A stretch of DNA of 64,000 bases from Verrucomicrobiales bacterium (GTDB lineage Bacteria > Verrucomicrobiota > Verrucomicrobiia > Verrucomicrobiales > V1-33). Both the position numbers and the translations under genes were made by a program. The stretch spans positions 32,001-96,000 of the forward strand of contig JANOAV010000037.1 in assembly GCA_031411295.1 (NCBI GenBank), in the 5' to 3' direction. Shown in pieces: positions 55,140 through 64,000 of this stretch. Numbering within the stretch: the first letter of the stretch is position 1; each line of letters begins with the position of its first letter. The notes under the pieces were generated by a model that saw nothing but the letters and a program-made list of their open reading frames with translations, did not search any database and was not told the DNA's origin.

Positions 55140-55430
55140 TTACATCGAACGCTCGTAGTCAATGATGCGACCGAGCGCTTCGTAGAACTCCAGTAAAGTT
55201 TCCGCCGGCACCATGATGGTGTCCCGGCGGCCCCGCACGTCTTCGGTGATTTTCAGCACTCGGCCACGGTTATTCTCCTTGAGATCAAGGAAGAAAACTT
55301 TGCGGTCGGTCACGATCTTCTCTGTAATCAGAGGGGGATCCGCCTGCGGGCGTGGTGGACGGTCATCGTAAGCCCCTTCGCTGTAGCGATCATTGTAGGG
55401 GCGGTCATCATACTGGTTATCGTAAGCCAT
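55140..55430 (-). CDS. PUR-family (PurA-like/DUF3276) ssDNA/RNA-binding protein
   Basis: EKIVTDRKVFFLDLKENNRGRVLKITEDVRGRRDTIMVP. Confidence 0.85.
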   Translation of the reverse strand: MAYDNQYDDRPYNDRYSEGAYDDRPPRPQADPPLITEKIVTDRKVFFLDLKENNRGRVLKITEDVRGRRDTIMVPAETLLEFYEALGRIIDYERSM

Positions 55431-55676
55431 CGTTGCGCGGTCCTTTCTCTCCTTCAGTCCTCTAGCGGATCAGGTTCGTCTGGTTTGATTTTTTGATGCA
55501 GTAGGTAATAGAAACGGCAGACATTCGCGTCCACCTTCAGCCCCATACTAATGAACTCTCACGGATTGTCCAGAGCGGAATCGTTGGAAATCTGCGGATT
55601 TTCTTAAAATTGAACGTTGGGTTTCGCTAATGATGGTGACCTCGACGAGCGTGATGGCAGAACGGCCTGCTTAGAT

Positions 55677-56040
55677 TTACTTGGCGCTGCGTTGCTGCTT
55701 CAGCCATGCGGCCAACTGTGGCACGTCCTTGGCATCAAAAACTTGATCGTCCAATTGCTCCAGCTGGAAATAGTTCATTCGCTCAATTTTCTTAATCAGC
55801 GAGGCAGGCAATCCGCCAAACCTCTTGGAGAGCAGTTTAATCAAGGTCTGCGCCTTGCCTTCAGCCTTGCCCTCGGCCTTGCCCTGAACCGCTCCCAAGG
55901 CGATGAGTTCTTTGCCAGCACGAGTTTTGGTAAATGTCGAGCGATGTGATCATGTCAGTAATTTCTTGGATGGACTTGTGCTTTAAGCGGGTGACGAGCA
56001 GGCTGGTGTAGATCGTTTGCAGGGCCTGGCATTCCGCCCG
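55677..56040 (-). pseudogene. Frameshifted, 5'-truncated Rpn/DUF2887-DUF4351 family remnant
   Basis: ..LLVTRLKHKSIQEITDMITSLDIYQ then a frameshift to TRAGKELIALGAVQGKAEGKAEGKAQTLIKLLSKRFGGLP..QLEQL..LAAWL; one extra T in the T-run at 55925-55928. Confidence 0.75.
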
Positions 56041-56100
56041 GTCACGGCCTTCTAAGTTGCCCAACGATGCATACACTGCAGGGGCGGATTTGCCAAGCCC

Positions 56101-56146
56101 TTTGCGTTCCTTGCGTTCTTTTGCGGCTATTATTCTTAGCCGGAAA
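56101..56146. repeat. 9-bp tandem repeat plus hairpin element
   Basis: TTTGCGTTC CTTGCGTTC TTTTGCGGCTA followed by the partial inverted copy TAGCCGGAAA. Confidence 0.55.
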
Positions 56147-56206
56147 GGGCAGGTCCGTGAAAGCGCGCTTGCCATCATTCGTTGATCCTGATTCACTGCG
56201 CGAATT

Positions 56207-57559
56207 ATGAAACGACGCCCATTTCTCGAATCGACGACTGCCGCCCTGACGCTTGCCTCCAGTTTGACTGGTGCTGAGCCGCTGGATTTCTCCACCATGA
56301 AAAAGCGCGTAGGGCTCATTGGCACCGGGTGGTATGGGAAGGCGGATTTGCTGCGGCTCATTCAAGTGGCTCCGGTGGAGGTCGTGTGCCTCTGTGATGT
56401 GGATGCCAACATGTTAAGTGCGGCGGCGGATTTGGTGGCCGAGCGTCAACTCAGCAAACAACGGCCGAAGTTGTATGCCGACTACCGCAAGATGCTCGCG
56501 GAAAACAAGTTGGATATCGTCCTCATTGGCACCCCGGACCACTGGCATGCGCTGTGCATGATCGAAGCGGTCAAGGCCGGGGCGGATGTCTATGTGCAGA
56601 AGCCCACTGGGGTGGACGTGATTGAAAGCCAGGCGATGTTGGCGGCTGCGCGGAAATATAATCGCGTGGTGCAAGTGGGCACCCAACGTCGCAGCACCCC
56701 GCATCTGATTGAGGCGCGGGAATCCATTGTGAAGGAGGGGAAACTGGGGACGGTGGGGATGGTGGAAATTTGTTGTTACTACCACATGCGGAGCCGGGAC
56801 AATGCGCCGGAGGCGGAAGTGCCGACTGGGTTTGACTACGATTTCTGGACCGGGCCGGCTCCTTTGCGCCCCTATTGCAAGACGGTGCATCCCCGCAGTT
56901 GGCGGGCATTTATGGAATACGGGAACGGTATCGTGGGAGACATGTGCGTGCACATGCTGGATCTGACGCGGTGGATGCTGGATCTGGGCTGGCCCACCAG
57001 CATTAGTTCGGTGGGCGGCATCCTGGTGGATAAACAAAGCAAAGCTAACATCACGGACACGCAGAGTGCGACGTTTGATTACGGGGGGCTGAAGGTAGTC
57101 TGGACCCACCGCAGTTATGGCGAAGCGCCCGATCCCAAGTATCCCTGGGCGGCCACGTTCTATGGCGACAAGGGGACGCTCAAAGCCAGCGTCAATAGTT
57201 ATGACTTCACCCCCCAAGGCAAGGGGGACGCGATTCACAAAGATTGTGTGATGGAACTAGAGCAATATCCGGAGGACAAGACCGAGAAGGATCTGGAAAA
57301 GCATGTGGCCCCAGCCATTCGCGGACACATGAAGGACTTCCTAACAGCCATTGCCAACCGTTCCAAACCGGTGGCCGACATCGAACAGGGGCATATATCC
57401 AGTGCCTCGTGTATCCTGGCAAACGTAGCCATGAAGCTGGGCCGCACCTTGCATTGGGACGCTGAAAAGCAGGAAGTGAAAGATGATGCCGAAGCGAATC
57501 AGCAGCTCCGTCGTCCCTACCGTGGGCCTTGGGTGCATCCAGAGCCAGGCAGGGTGTAG
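56207..57559 (+). CDS. Gfo/Idh/MocA oxidoreductase (Tat-exported)
   Basis: KRRPFL, GLIGTGWYG, TPDHWH, DVYVQKP, QVGTQRRS and GDMCVHMLD motifs. Confidence 0.93.
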   Translation: MKRRPFLESTTAALTLASSLTGAEPLDFSTMKKRVGLIGTGWYGKADLLRLIQVAPVEVVCLCDVDANMLSAAADLVAERQLSKQRPKLYADYRKMLAENKLDIVLIGTPDHWHALCMIEAVKAGADVYVQKPTGVDVIESQAMLAAARKYNRVVQVGTQRRSTPHLIEARESIVKEGKLGTVGMVEICCYYHMRSRDNAPEAEVPTGFDYDFWTGPAPLRPYCKTVHPRSWRAFMEYGNGIVGDMCVHMLDLTRWMLDLGWPTSISSVGGILVDKQSKANITDTQSATFDYGGLKVVWTHRSYGEAPDPKYPWAATFYGDKGTLKASVNSYDFTPQGKGDAIHKDCVMELEQYPEDKTEKDLEKHVAPAIRGHMKDFLTAIANRSKPVADIEQGHISSASCILANVAMKLGRTLHWDAEKQEVKDDAEANQQLRRPYRGPWVHPEPGRV

Positions 57560-57561
57560 GC

Positions 57562-58569
57562 TTAGAGTCGGATGACGACATGCTTCATCAGCTTCCTTTT
57601 CCAAGTATAGGTCGCATGAATTAGCCCGTCTGCGGTCTGGATGATGGCCGGGTAGCTGAATTCCTGGTTTGGTTCACTTTCCAGTGCGAGCACGGATTCC
57701 CACTTCTGGCCGTCCTGGCTGATCGCCAAATTCAGGGGGCTGCGGCCTTTGGTGGTGTGGTTGTAGATTAACAGGTGCCGGCCATCTTTGAGGGTTACGG
57801 CATCGGTCCCGGAGTTAGGATTGGGTAAATCCAGCAGCGTGAGCGCACGCCAAGTTTTCCCCTGATCTGAAGAGAGGGTGCTGAAAAGTTTACCCGCTCT
57901 GGTCCGCCCCACGGCCTGCAACCTGCCATCTGCTAGGGAGAGAATGCTGGGCTGGATGGCCGCAGGAGTGGTTGCGGTTACCGGAACAGAAATCATCTCC
58001 CAAGTCTTGCCGAGGTCCGGGCTGCGCTCGAAATGAATTTGCCAGGGGGGACCAGTCGTGAAATCTTCCGCACTGCTGCCGCAGAGCAGGGAGCCATCTG
58101 CGAGCTGCACGGGCTTGTTCTTGATTGGGCCCGCAAAGCGATCGGGCAATCGAGTCGGTTCACTCCAGGTCTGGCCCGCGTCATCGCTCCGCCGCACCAT
58201 TCCCCACCAAGTGCTGGGAGAAGGGCCTACTTTGTAAAACAACATGAGTGGGCCCTCGCGCGGCTGAAACAAGACTGGGTTCCAGCAGGGCAGACGTTTC
58301 CCGTCTGGCTGCACGCCGGTGGCCACTTCCACCGGCGGAGACCATTTGCCATTCACGAAACGGGCGCTCCATATGCCCACGTCAGGATGCTTCTCGGCGG
58401 TGCCGGCAAACCAAGCGGATACTAGCGTGTGATCTTTGGTTTCCACGATGGTCGAGGCGTGACAACTAGGCACGGGATTGGTCGCGAAGATGAATTCCGA
58501 TTGCACGATTCTGGGTGTTTCCGCATCGGCTAGGGAGAGCATCAGGAGGAGGGGAAGCAGGGCGCGCAT
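57562..58569 (-). CDS. BNR/Asp-box exo-alpha-sialidase-like protein
   Basis: CHASTI, Asp-boxes SDDAGQTW, SPDLGKTW, SSDQGKTW and SQDGQKW; LPNPNSG and SYP motifs. Confidence 0.9.
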   Translation of the reverse strand: MRALLPLLLMLSLADAETPRIVQSEFIFATNPVPSCHASTIVETKDHTLVSAWFAGTAEKHPDVGIWSARFVNGKWSPPVEVATGVQPDGKRLPCWNPVLFQPREGPLMLFYKVGPSPSTWWGMVRRSDDAGQTWSEPTRLPDRFAGPIKNKPVQLADGSLLCGSSAEDFTTGPPWQIHFERSPDLGKTWEMISVPVTATTPAAIQPSILSLADGRLQAVGRTRAGKLFSTLSSDQGKTWRALTLLDLPNPNSGTDAVTLKDGRHLLIYNHTTKGRSPLNLAISQDGQKWESVLALESEPNQEFSYPAIIQTADGLIHATYTWKRKLMKHVVIRL

Positions 58570-58813
58570 GGGTTTTGGGGGCAAGGGTTTGGCGCAACAT
58601 TAATTGCCGACCCGAGGAATGATCCATTAAGAAAGCTAGCTTTCCGCATCTGCGGCCTGCGGCAGCACGCTGCCTCCCGTCATGCCAAATCCGCCGTGTT
58701 TGGGGCTCGGCACCCATAGTTTAGGTATTGCCAAGCAAGAAGATTTCTGCTGCGATGACTTCTCTGGGCTCCAATTAATGGAATGGAAGCTTCTGAAACA
58801 AACTTTTGTTGCT

Positions 58814-61609
58814 ATGAAACCGTTTAATCTACTTACCCTTGTAATGCCCGTTCTGGTCGTGGTTGCCGACGTTCCGGCTGCTCCCGTGGCGAACGCGGAT
58901 TCCTACTCCTTGAATGAAGATGCTCCGCTGTCGGTCGCAGCTCCCGGAGTGCTGGCCAATGATGCACTGGGCGGAACTACGGTCATCACTGCAGCCAAAC
59001 TCACGGATCCAGCGCACGGCAGCGTGTTTGTGAACAGCGATGGCTCGTTTGTTTACACTCCGGTGGCCAACTATAATGGACCGGATTCATTTACCTACAA
59101 AGCAGTGGAGGGGCAGGGGCCGATCACGTTCACGGTGGATCAACCGAACTCGGTGATGACGGTGCGGGTGGACTCACAAACCTTTATTACCGCAGGCACC
59201 ACGGATAGTAAAACCACGACCGCGCAAGTTCATGGCACGGTCTCAGCGCTCGTGAATCCCAGTGCCGCTCCCTTCTCCACGATTCAAGTGCAGTCCATGG
59301 ATGTGAAGTTGGCCCAGGCGGTGTCGTTAACGTTGTGCGTGCAGCGCATCTTATTCTGCACCGCCACCATCACCGCGCAGATTGCGGTGGATGGCTTGCA
59401 AATTGCGATGACTCCCACTCAGGCCGGTCCGGCGGTGGCGGTTAGTGGCACAGGGGCTTATACGCAGGTGGGAAATCTGGTCGATACCACGGGCACGGTG
59501 AACCTCACTGGCAACGGGTTGGCAGGTCTGATAACGATTCCTCCCACGGCAGATCTCAACTCCACCAATCAGCCCTATGATTTTACCAACGGCTCCATTA
59601 CCCAGTCTGGGAATACGCTGAATCTGGCAGTGCCGATTGACCTCACGCAGTCATTTGCTGAGAGCGGGGATTTGGCCAATCCTGGCAGCTATCGGATTAC
59701 CGTAAGGGTTACCGGCACTGTCCGCGCCACGGCTCCGGTGCCCACCTTTGCCGAGTCTGGCCCGGCCACGGTCTCACTCCAAGTGGCACCAGTGGACGAT
59801 GTTCCGACGGCGGTGGCAGATCGTTATTATACGCGGCAAAATTTCACCGTGGCGGTCCCTGCCACTGCGGCTCAGACCACCGAAACGCTCATCCCGGCGT
59901 TGAGCACTTGGAAATATCGCACGGGGCTGGATTTGGGGACTGGTTGGAGAAATGCGGAGTATAATGATAGCGCGTGGCTCTCGGTTTCCGGCCTCAAGGG
60001 CTATGGGGATGTGGATATCCTAGCTGGTGGCATCGTCACTTCCCGTCCTGATCCCGCCGCCGCAGCTAACACGACCACGAATCAAAATTACCCCACGTGC
60101 TATTTCCGAAAAGAGGTGACGCTGGGAGCGCCTTATGACACCATCCAGCCGAAGCTAACGGTGCAGCGAGATGATGCTGCCATGGTTTGGGTGAATGGAG
60201 TCGAAGTCTATCGGGATTCCACAAAGTATGTGGCAGCGGATGCCAACGCGCCCTTGCCGGTTAGTGGGGAGGTGGCCTATGCCACGTATGCCGCCGAGAC
60301 CATCCCCAATGCCAGTGAGACGGAGTATAAGGAAATCACCTTCAGCCGCAGCGTCCTGCGGGAGGGGAAAAACGTCATCGCAGTAGCCATCAAACAAGCG
60401 TCCAATACCAGCTCGGACTTGCGCTTTGATGCCACGTTCAGCCGCACCCGTGGGGTGCAAGGATTGACCGCCAACGACACCGATCTGGAAAATGACCCGA
60501 TTACCGCCGAGTTGGTGGCGGCACCGGTCAGTGATGGTTTCGTGGCCTTGAATCCGAATGGATCTTTCAATTACACCCCCGGCTTGGGCTTCACGGGCAC
60601 GGATTCTTTTGTTTATCGACTGCGTCAGAACGGGCAAATAGTAACGACCTCAAGCGAGGTTATTGCCATGGGGGCATCCTGGAAATATCTGGACCCCACG
60701 GCAGATCAGACGGGGAATGGTTGGCAAACGGCGGCCTTTACCGAAACCGGTTGGCTGCAAGGGCCTGCTCCCTTGGGCTTCGGCACGGGTGGAAACTATC
60801 CGGAAATTGCCACGACTGGCACCACCCTAACCTGGGGGGCCGATGCTAATGCCAAACCGATCACTTATTATTTCCGGAAAAAATTTACGCTACCGACGAC
60901 CAAGGCGTTGATTACCGAACTCAAGGCTCAAATCCGCCGGGACGATGGCATCGCGCTTTGGTTAAATGGCGTGGAGGTCGCTCGGGACAACCTCCCGGGC
61001 ACGGTGGGGGATGGTTCTATAAATTTCTCCACCACCGCTTCCAGTTCCCTCAACGCGCTCCCCACCGATCTCATCGAGCGGGTGCTGCCGCTCACAAACC
61101 TCCTTGAAGGTGAGAATATCTTGGCGGTGGAAGTTCACCAAGGGGCTCCCACGAGCAGCGATCTCGTGATGAATCTGCGCCTCCTCGCGACCTATGCGCC
61201 GGGGGCCAAAGTGGATGTGGTGGTGCAGGCGGATGATGCGGATGGAGATAAGATGTCCGACACTTGGGAACGCGCCAATGGATTCGATGTTGCGCTCAAC
61301 GATGCGGCGGGGGATGCGGATGGAGATGGGCAATCGAATCGCAGCGAGTTCCTCGCAGGGACCAATCCGCGCTCGGTTGGCGAGGTGCTGCGAGCCAAGC
61401 AATTCACGAGCGCGGGGGGAAACCTAGCGCTGACGATCCCAACGGTGGCCGGGAAATTTTACCGGATTCAATGCTCCAATGACCTGCGCACATGGGCCGA
61501 TTACGGAGCGAGTTTCAGTCCGGGAGCCAGTGTCGGATTCGTCCGCACGTTCGCACCTGCAGTCGGTTGTCGATTCTATCGGGTCATCGTCCTGGCGGAT
61601 TGGGAATGA
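58814..61609 (+). CDS. Secreted/surface protein with Big_9/cadherin-like Ig domains, two jelly-roll modules, DxDGDG repeats and C-terminal 'FYRV' module
   Basis: APVANADSY..GVLAND..DGSFVYTP..DSFTY; two WKY..YFRK..DD..NG.E..G.N..AVE/A modules; DADGDGQSNRSEFLAGTNP. Confidence 0.85.
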   Translation: MKPFNLLTLVMPVLVVVADVPAAPVANADSYSLNEDAPLSVAAPGVLANDALGGTTVITAAKLTDPAHGSVFVNSDGSFVYTPVANYNGPDSFTYKAVEGQGPITFTVDQPNSVMTVRVDSQTFITAGTTDSKTTTAQVHGTVSALVNPSAAPFSTIQVQSMDVKLAQAVSLTLCVQRILFCTATITAQIAVDGLQIAMTPTQAGPAVAVSGTGAYTQVGNLVDTTGTVNLTGNGLAGLITIPPTADLNSTNQPYDFTNGSITQSGNTLNLAVPIDLTQSFAESGDLANPGSYRITVRVTGTVRATAPVPTFAESGPATVSLQVAPVDDVPTAVADRYYTRQNFTVAVPATAAQTTETLIPALSTWKYRTGLDLGTGWRNAEYNDSAWLSVSGLKGYGDVDILAGGIVTSRPDPAAAANTTTNQNYPTCYFRKEVTLGAPYDTIQPKLTVQRDDAAMVWVNGVEVYRDSTKYVAADANAPLPVSGEVAYATYAAETIPNASETEYKEITFSRSVLREGKNVIAVAIKQASNTSSDLRFDATFSRTRGVQGLTANDTDLENDPITAELVAAPVSDGFVALNPNGSFNYTPGLGFTGTDSFVYRLRQNGQIVTTSSEVIAMGASWKYLDPTADQTGNGWQTAAFTETGWLQGPAPLGFGTGGNYPEIATTGTTLTWGADANAKPITYYFRKKFTLPTTKALITELKAQIRRDDGIALWLNGVEVARDNLPGTVGDGSINFSTTASSSLNALPTDLIERVLPLTNLLEGENILAVEVHQGAPTSSDLVMNLRLLATYAPGAKVDVVVQADDADGDKMSDTWERANGFDVALNDAAGDADGDGQSNRSEFLAGTNPRSVGEVLRAKQFTSAGGNLALTIPTVAGKFYRIQCSNDLRTWADYGASFSPGASVGFVRTFAPAVGCRFYRVIVLADWE

Positions 61610-61661
61610 GCGTGGCGGTCTGCGCAGTTGACGCCAACCTCATTTCCCCCAAGCTAGCTGG

Positions 61662-62255
61662 ATGATTAAAGCTTTCCTCTTCGATATCGGCAACGTGCTG
61701 GTTAAATTCGATCACGCCCCGGCCGTCGCCAAAATTCAGGCGCACTCGGATGCCTCGGCTGAGGCAATCCGGGAGGTGGTGACCCAATTAATTGAGCCTC
61801 TGGAAACGGGGCGCATCAGTTCAGATAAGTTTCTGCAACAGGTCAGCGACGGCATTGGGTATCGGGGCACGGCGGCAGCGTTGGCGGAGGCCTACTGCGA
61901 TATTTTCCAGCTCAACGAGCCGATGTGGGAATTGGTCGCCAGTCTGGCGGATCGCTATCCGTTGTATCTTTTCTCGAACACTAGCGAGTTACATTTGGGA
62001 TTCCTCAATGCGCGCTATCCAGAGATGGCGAGTTTCACGGATGGGATCTACAGCATGCGGGTGGGAGCCATGAAGCCGGACCGTGAAATTTACCAAGCTG
62101 CGCTGGACTTGCTGCAAGTGGCACCAGAGGAAATTTTCTACATTGATGACTTGGAGCCCAATATTGCCGAGGGGCAAAAGCACGGATTCCAAACACACTG
62201 CTACCTCTGGCAGCGGCACGAAGCGCTGCTGGCAGAGGTAGGGCGTGTGTTGTAG
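61662..62255 (+). CDS. HAD-family phosphatase
   Basis: FDIGNVL, LFSNT, KPD and YIDD motifs. Confidence 0.92.
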   Translation: MIKAFLFDIGNVLVKFDHAPAVAKIQAHSDASAEAIREVVTQLIEPLETGRISSDKFLQQVSDGIGYRGTAAALAEAYCDIFQLNEPMWELVASLADRYPLYLFSNTSELHLGFLNARYPEMASFTDGIYSMRVGAMKPDREIYQAALDLLQVAPEEIFYIDDLEPNIAEGQKHGFQTHCYLWQRHEALLAEVGRVL

Positions 62256-62274
62256 GGATGTTTTCGGAGATGCC

Positions 62275-63462
62275 TTAGCTGCGACGACGGCGCAAGAAGC
62301 TAGCTCCTGCCACCAAGGCAAGAACGGCGGTGCTGGGCTCGGGAACGACTGCGAAACTGTTACCGATTTTGATGTTCGAGAGGTAACCGAACATATCGGC
62401 ATTGGTGCGCGTGAAGCCGTCTGCTTTGGCTGTGGCGACGTCGTTGTAGCCTAGCCAGATGGTGAATTCGGTAACGGCATCATCTGGTCCCATGCCCAAG
62501 TGGGCTCCGGTGATATCCACTTCGTCATCGTAGTTGGAGGTGTAATTCCGGGGGTTGATGGGCGCGGCGGTGTTGGAGTCGCTAGGCGCGGCATCGAAGA
62601 TTTTTGTGGTGTAATTATCCAGCGCCACCCAGCCGTTTTGCACGATATGAGTGCCTCGGTTGTTCAATGATCCATCTGGTTTCAGATAGTCCCCGGAACC
62701 AGCTGGTTGACCAGCGAGAAATTGGGTGATGGTCTTTCCTTGCGGCAGTTGGAGCCCGGTGGCAGTGCCGCCCGTCTTGGTGCTTCCATCGGGATTGTAG
62801 AACGAGCTGCTGGCGAAATTGCTGTAATCCGTATTTTTGTAGGTGCCGAGGGTTGTTTGTAATTTTCCATTCGCATCCAGGGAGGCAAACGATGCTTGGT
62901 CAGCCCCTCCCAAAGTAACCATGGCCCACTCGTAAATTTCGCCATCTCCATTGACATTAGAGAGCCGCATCGAAAGATCGCTGGCTTTGATTCCGAGGCT
63001 GGCATCGAAAGTAACCGTATAGGCCACGACGCCCCAGTCCCCTGGGCGACTTTTGCCACTCTGCATGGTGGCGTTGGCACCGAGACCATTGTTGGAGTCA
63101 ATCGTGGCATTCATTCGGCTCCATTGGTTATTGCTGCTCAGGACTTGGCTCTTGATCGTGAAGTCCGTTTTTCCATCGGAGCCGGGAGCATAATAGTTGC
63201 CGCCTCCGTTGCGGAGCACATCGTAGGATTTCGCGTTCGACCCAGTCCAAGTGCCCCCGCCTGCTTGGGCGGTCCCAGCCCGGCCTTCGAGGTCGTAGGG
63301 GATGGGAGTAGAGACGAACCCGTGATCGTCGTCGAACTTGATTTCATAGTTCCAGCCGGTGCTCACAGCGGCATTTACGGCAGGGATCAGGGCCACCATG
63401 GTCAGGAAGCACAAGCTGAGCTTGGCTTGAGTAGAGGTAGGGAGCATAGCAGAGAAAAGCAT
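62275..63462 (-). CDS. PEP-CTERM sorting-domain protein
   Basis: Signal peptide; C-terminal VPEPSTAVLALVAGASFLRRRRS. Start uncertain (63462 or 63447). Confidence 0.93.
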   Translation of the reverse strand: MLFSAMLPTSTQAKLSLCFLTMVALIPAVNAAVSTGWNYEIKFDDDHGFVSTPIPYDLEGRAGTAQAGGGTWTGSNAKSYDVLRNGGGNYYAPGSDGKTDFTIKSQVLSSNNQWSRMNATIDSNNGLGANATMQSGKSRPGDWGVVAYTVTFDASLGIKASDLSMRLSNVNGDGEIYEWAMVTLGGADQASFASLDANGKLQTTLGTYKNTDYSNFASSSFYNPDGSTKTGGTATGLQLPQGKTITQFLAGQPAGSGDYLKPDGSLNNRGTHIVQNGWVALDNYTTKIFDAAPSDSNTAAPINPRNYTSNYDDEVDITGAHLGMGPDDAVTEFTIWLGYNDVATAKADGFTRTNADMFGYLSNIKIGNSFAVVPEPSTAVLALVAGASFLRRRRS

Positions 63463-63621
63463 GGGTTGGATTATTTGCAATTGAATATCAAATTCGATTA
63501 TTTTTTCAATATTAATAAAAGTAACGCAATCTAACACGTGTGCAACTCAAAATATTTAAGATTTCGCGAATATTTGCACTTTTAGCTTATAAATGTTCAG
63601 CGGTTTTTCTTGATTAAAAGT

Positions 63622-63650
63622 TTGATTAAATAAATAATATCTTCTATAAT
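63622..63650 (+). promoter_or_regulatory. sigma70-type promoter, probably giving a leaderless mRNA
   Basis: TTGATT-N17-TATAAT with ATG at 63657; TTGATTAAA repeated at 63610 and 63622. Confidence 0.6.
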
Positions 63651-63656
63651 TTCCAT

Positions 63657-64000
63657 ATGATGAACTGCTCGCAAATACTAAAAATCCACACCCTCTTAGG
63701 GGGGCTTCTCCTTGGCTTGTCGATAACAAGCCAATCGCATGGAACGGCATTTTCGGTTGCTTATGGGGTGCCGGGAATTCCAATAACAATGGAGCCTGAT
63801 ATTTATTATAATCAAAATTCTGCTGAAGGAGGTGGCCCTTGGGATCGAATATCAACCATTTTTCATGCGCCCGTAACCACTTCAGAAGGTTCGGTCACAC
63901 TGAAAAGCTCGGTCTATGGTAGGAATTACGATTCTGACCCCGCCAAGCCGGGCACATGGGGGCTGCTCAATCGTCAGACGTTGACCGGACTGAATGATCC
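63657..64000 (+). CDS. Secreted protein, 5' part (runs off the right edge; not in the ORF track)
   Basis: Stop-free frame MMNCSQILKIHTLLGGLLLGLSITSQSHG..SVTLKSSVYGRNYDSDPAKPGTWGLL.., with a signal-peptide-like N-terminus. Confidence 0.7.
   Translation, partial: MMNCSQILKIHTLLGGLLLGLSITSQSHGTAFSVAYGVPGIPITMEPDIYYNQNSAEGGGPWDRISTIFHAPVTTSEGSVTLKSSVYGRNYDSDPAKPGTWGLLNRQTLTGLND

Noticed and set aside
55850..55885. 12-bp tandem repeat encoding EGKA units
   Set aside because: This is the normal EGK/EGR repeat of Rpn/DUF4351 proteins, not a separate element.
63556..63855. 99-aa minus-strand ORF and the TTGGCTTGT/ACAAGCCAA hairpin (63712-63734) as a terminator
   Set aside because: Both overlap the better-supported plus-strand gene starting at 63657, and the hairpin has no U-tract.
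1..64000. CRISPR array, tRNA, rRNA, riboswitch
   Set aside because: No regularly spaced direct repeats with unique spacers, no cloverleaf/T-loop context and no recognisable riboswitch consensus by eye. An Infernal scan would be needed to exclude these formally.

Overview
Bacterial DNA, most likely Verrucomicrobiota (Verrucomicrobiaceae-like). The basis is the gene content: PVC-type CxxCH protein, DUF1501/DUF1549/DUF1553 and DUF1588/DUF1552 modules, and a PEP-CTERM protein. Bases 1-22.7 kb look like an accessory, secreted-enzyme catabolic region: the 3' end of an IS110 element, an amidohydrolase, SGNH/SASA esterases, a sulfatase, a regulator, a PL7-like lyase, and a tandemly duplicated DUF1588-DUF1552 pair with a truncated esterase between the copies. 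The rest is mostly housekeeping (IscU-like scaffold, pssA, holA, sbcCD, aroE, rpsU, beta-CASP hydrolase, SpoIIE/STAS pair) mixed with secreted or surface proteins. No rRNA, tRNA or CRISPR array was seen. The most notable unexplained structures are: (1) a 90-bp palindrome of 9-bp units inserted in frame in the CxxCH gene; (2) a RAYT-type HUH transposase plus several distinct REP/REPIN-like palindromic elements, one of them a 278-bp nested inverted repeat directly upstream of sbcDC; (3) a shared C-terminal 'Y-R-x-x-x-(S/T)-x-(D/N)-L..W..F-(F/Y)-R-(L/V)' module on two unrelated secreted proteins, a candidate sorting signal; (4) an inverse-autotransporter barrel with a beta-helix passenger; (5) a surface protein with domains nested inside Ig-like domains; (6) small or edge ORFs missing from the supplied ORF track. 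All family assignments come from motif recognition by eye; no searches were run, and refined start codons are my best guesses.
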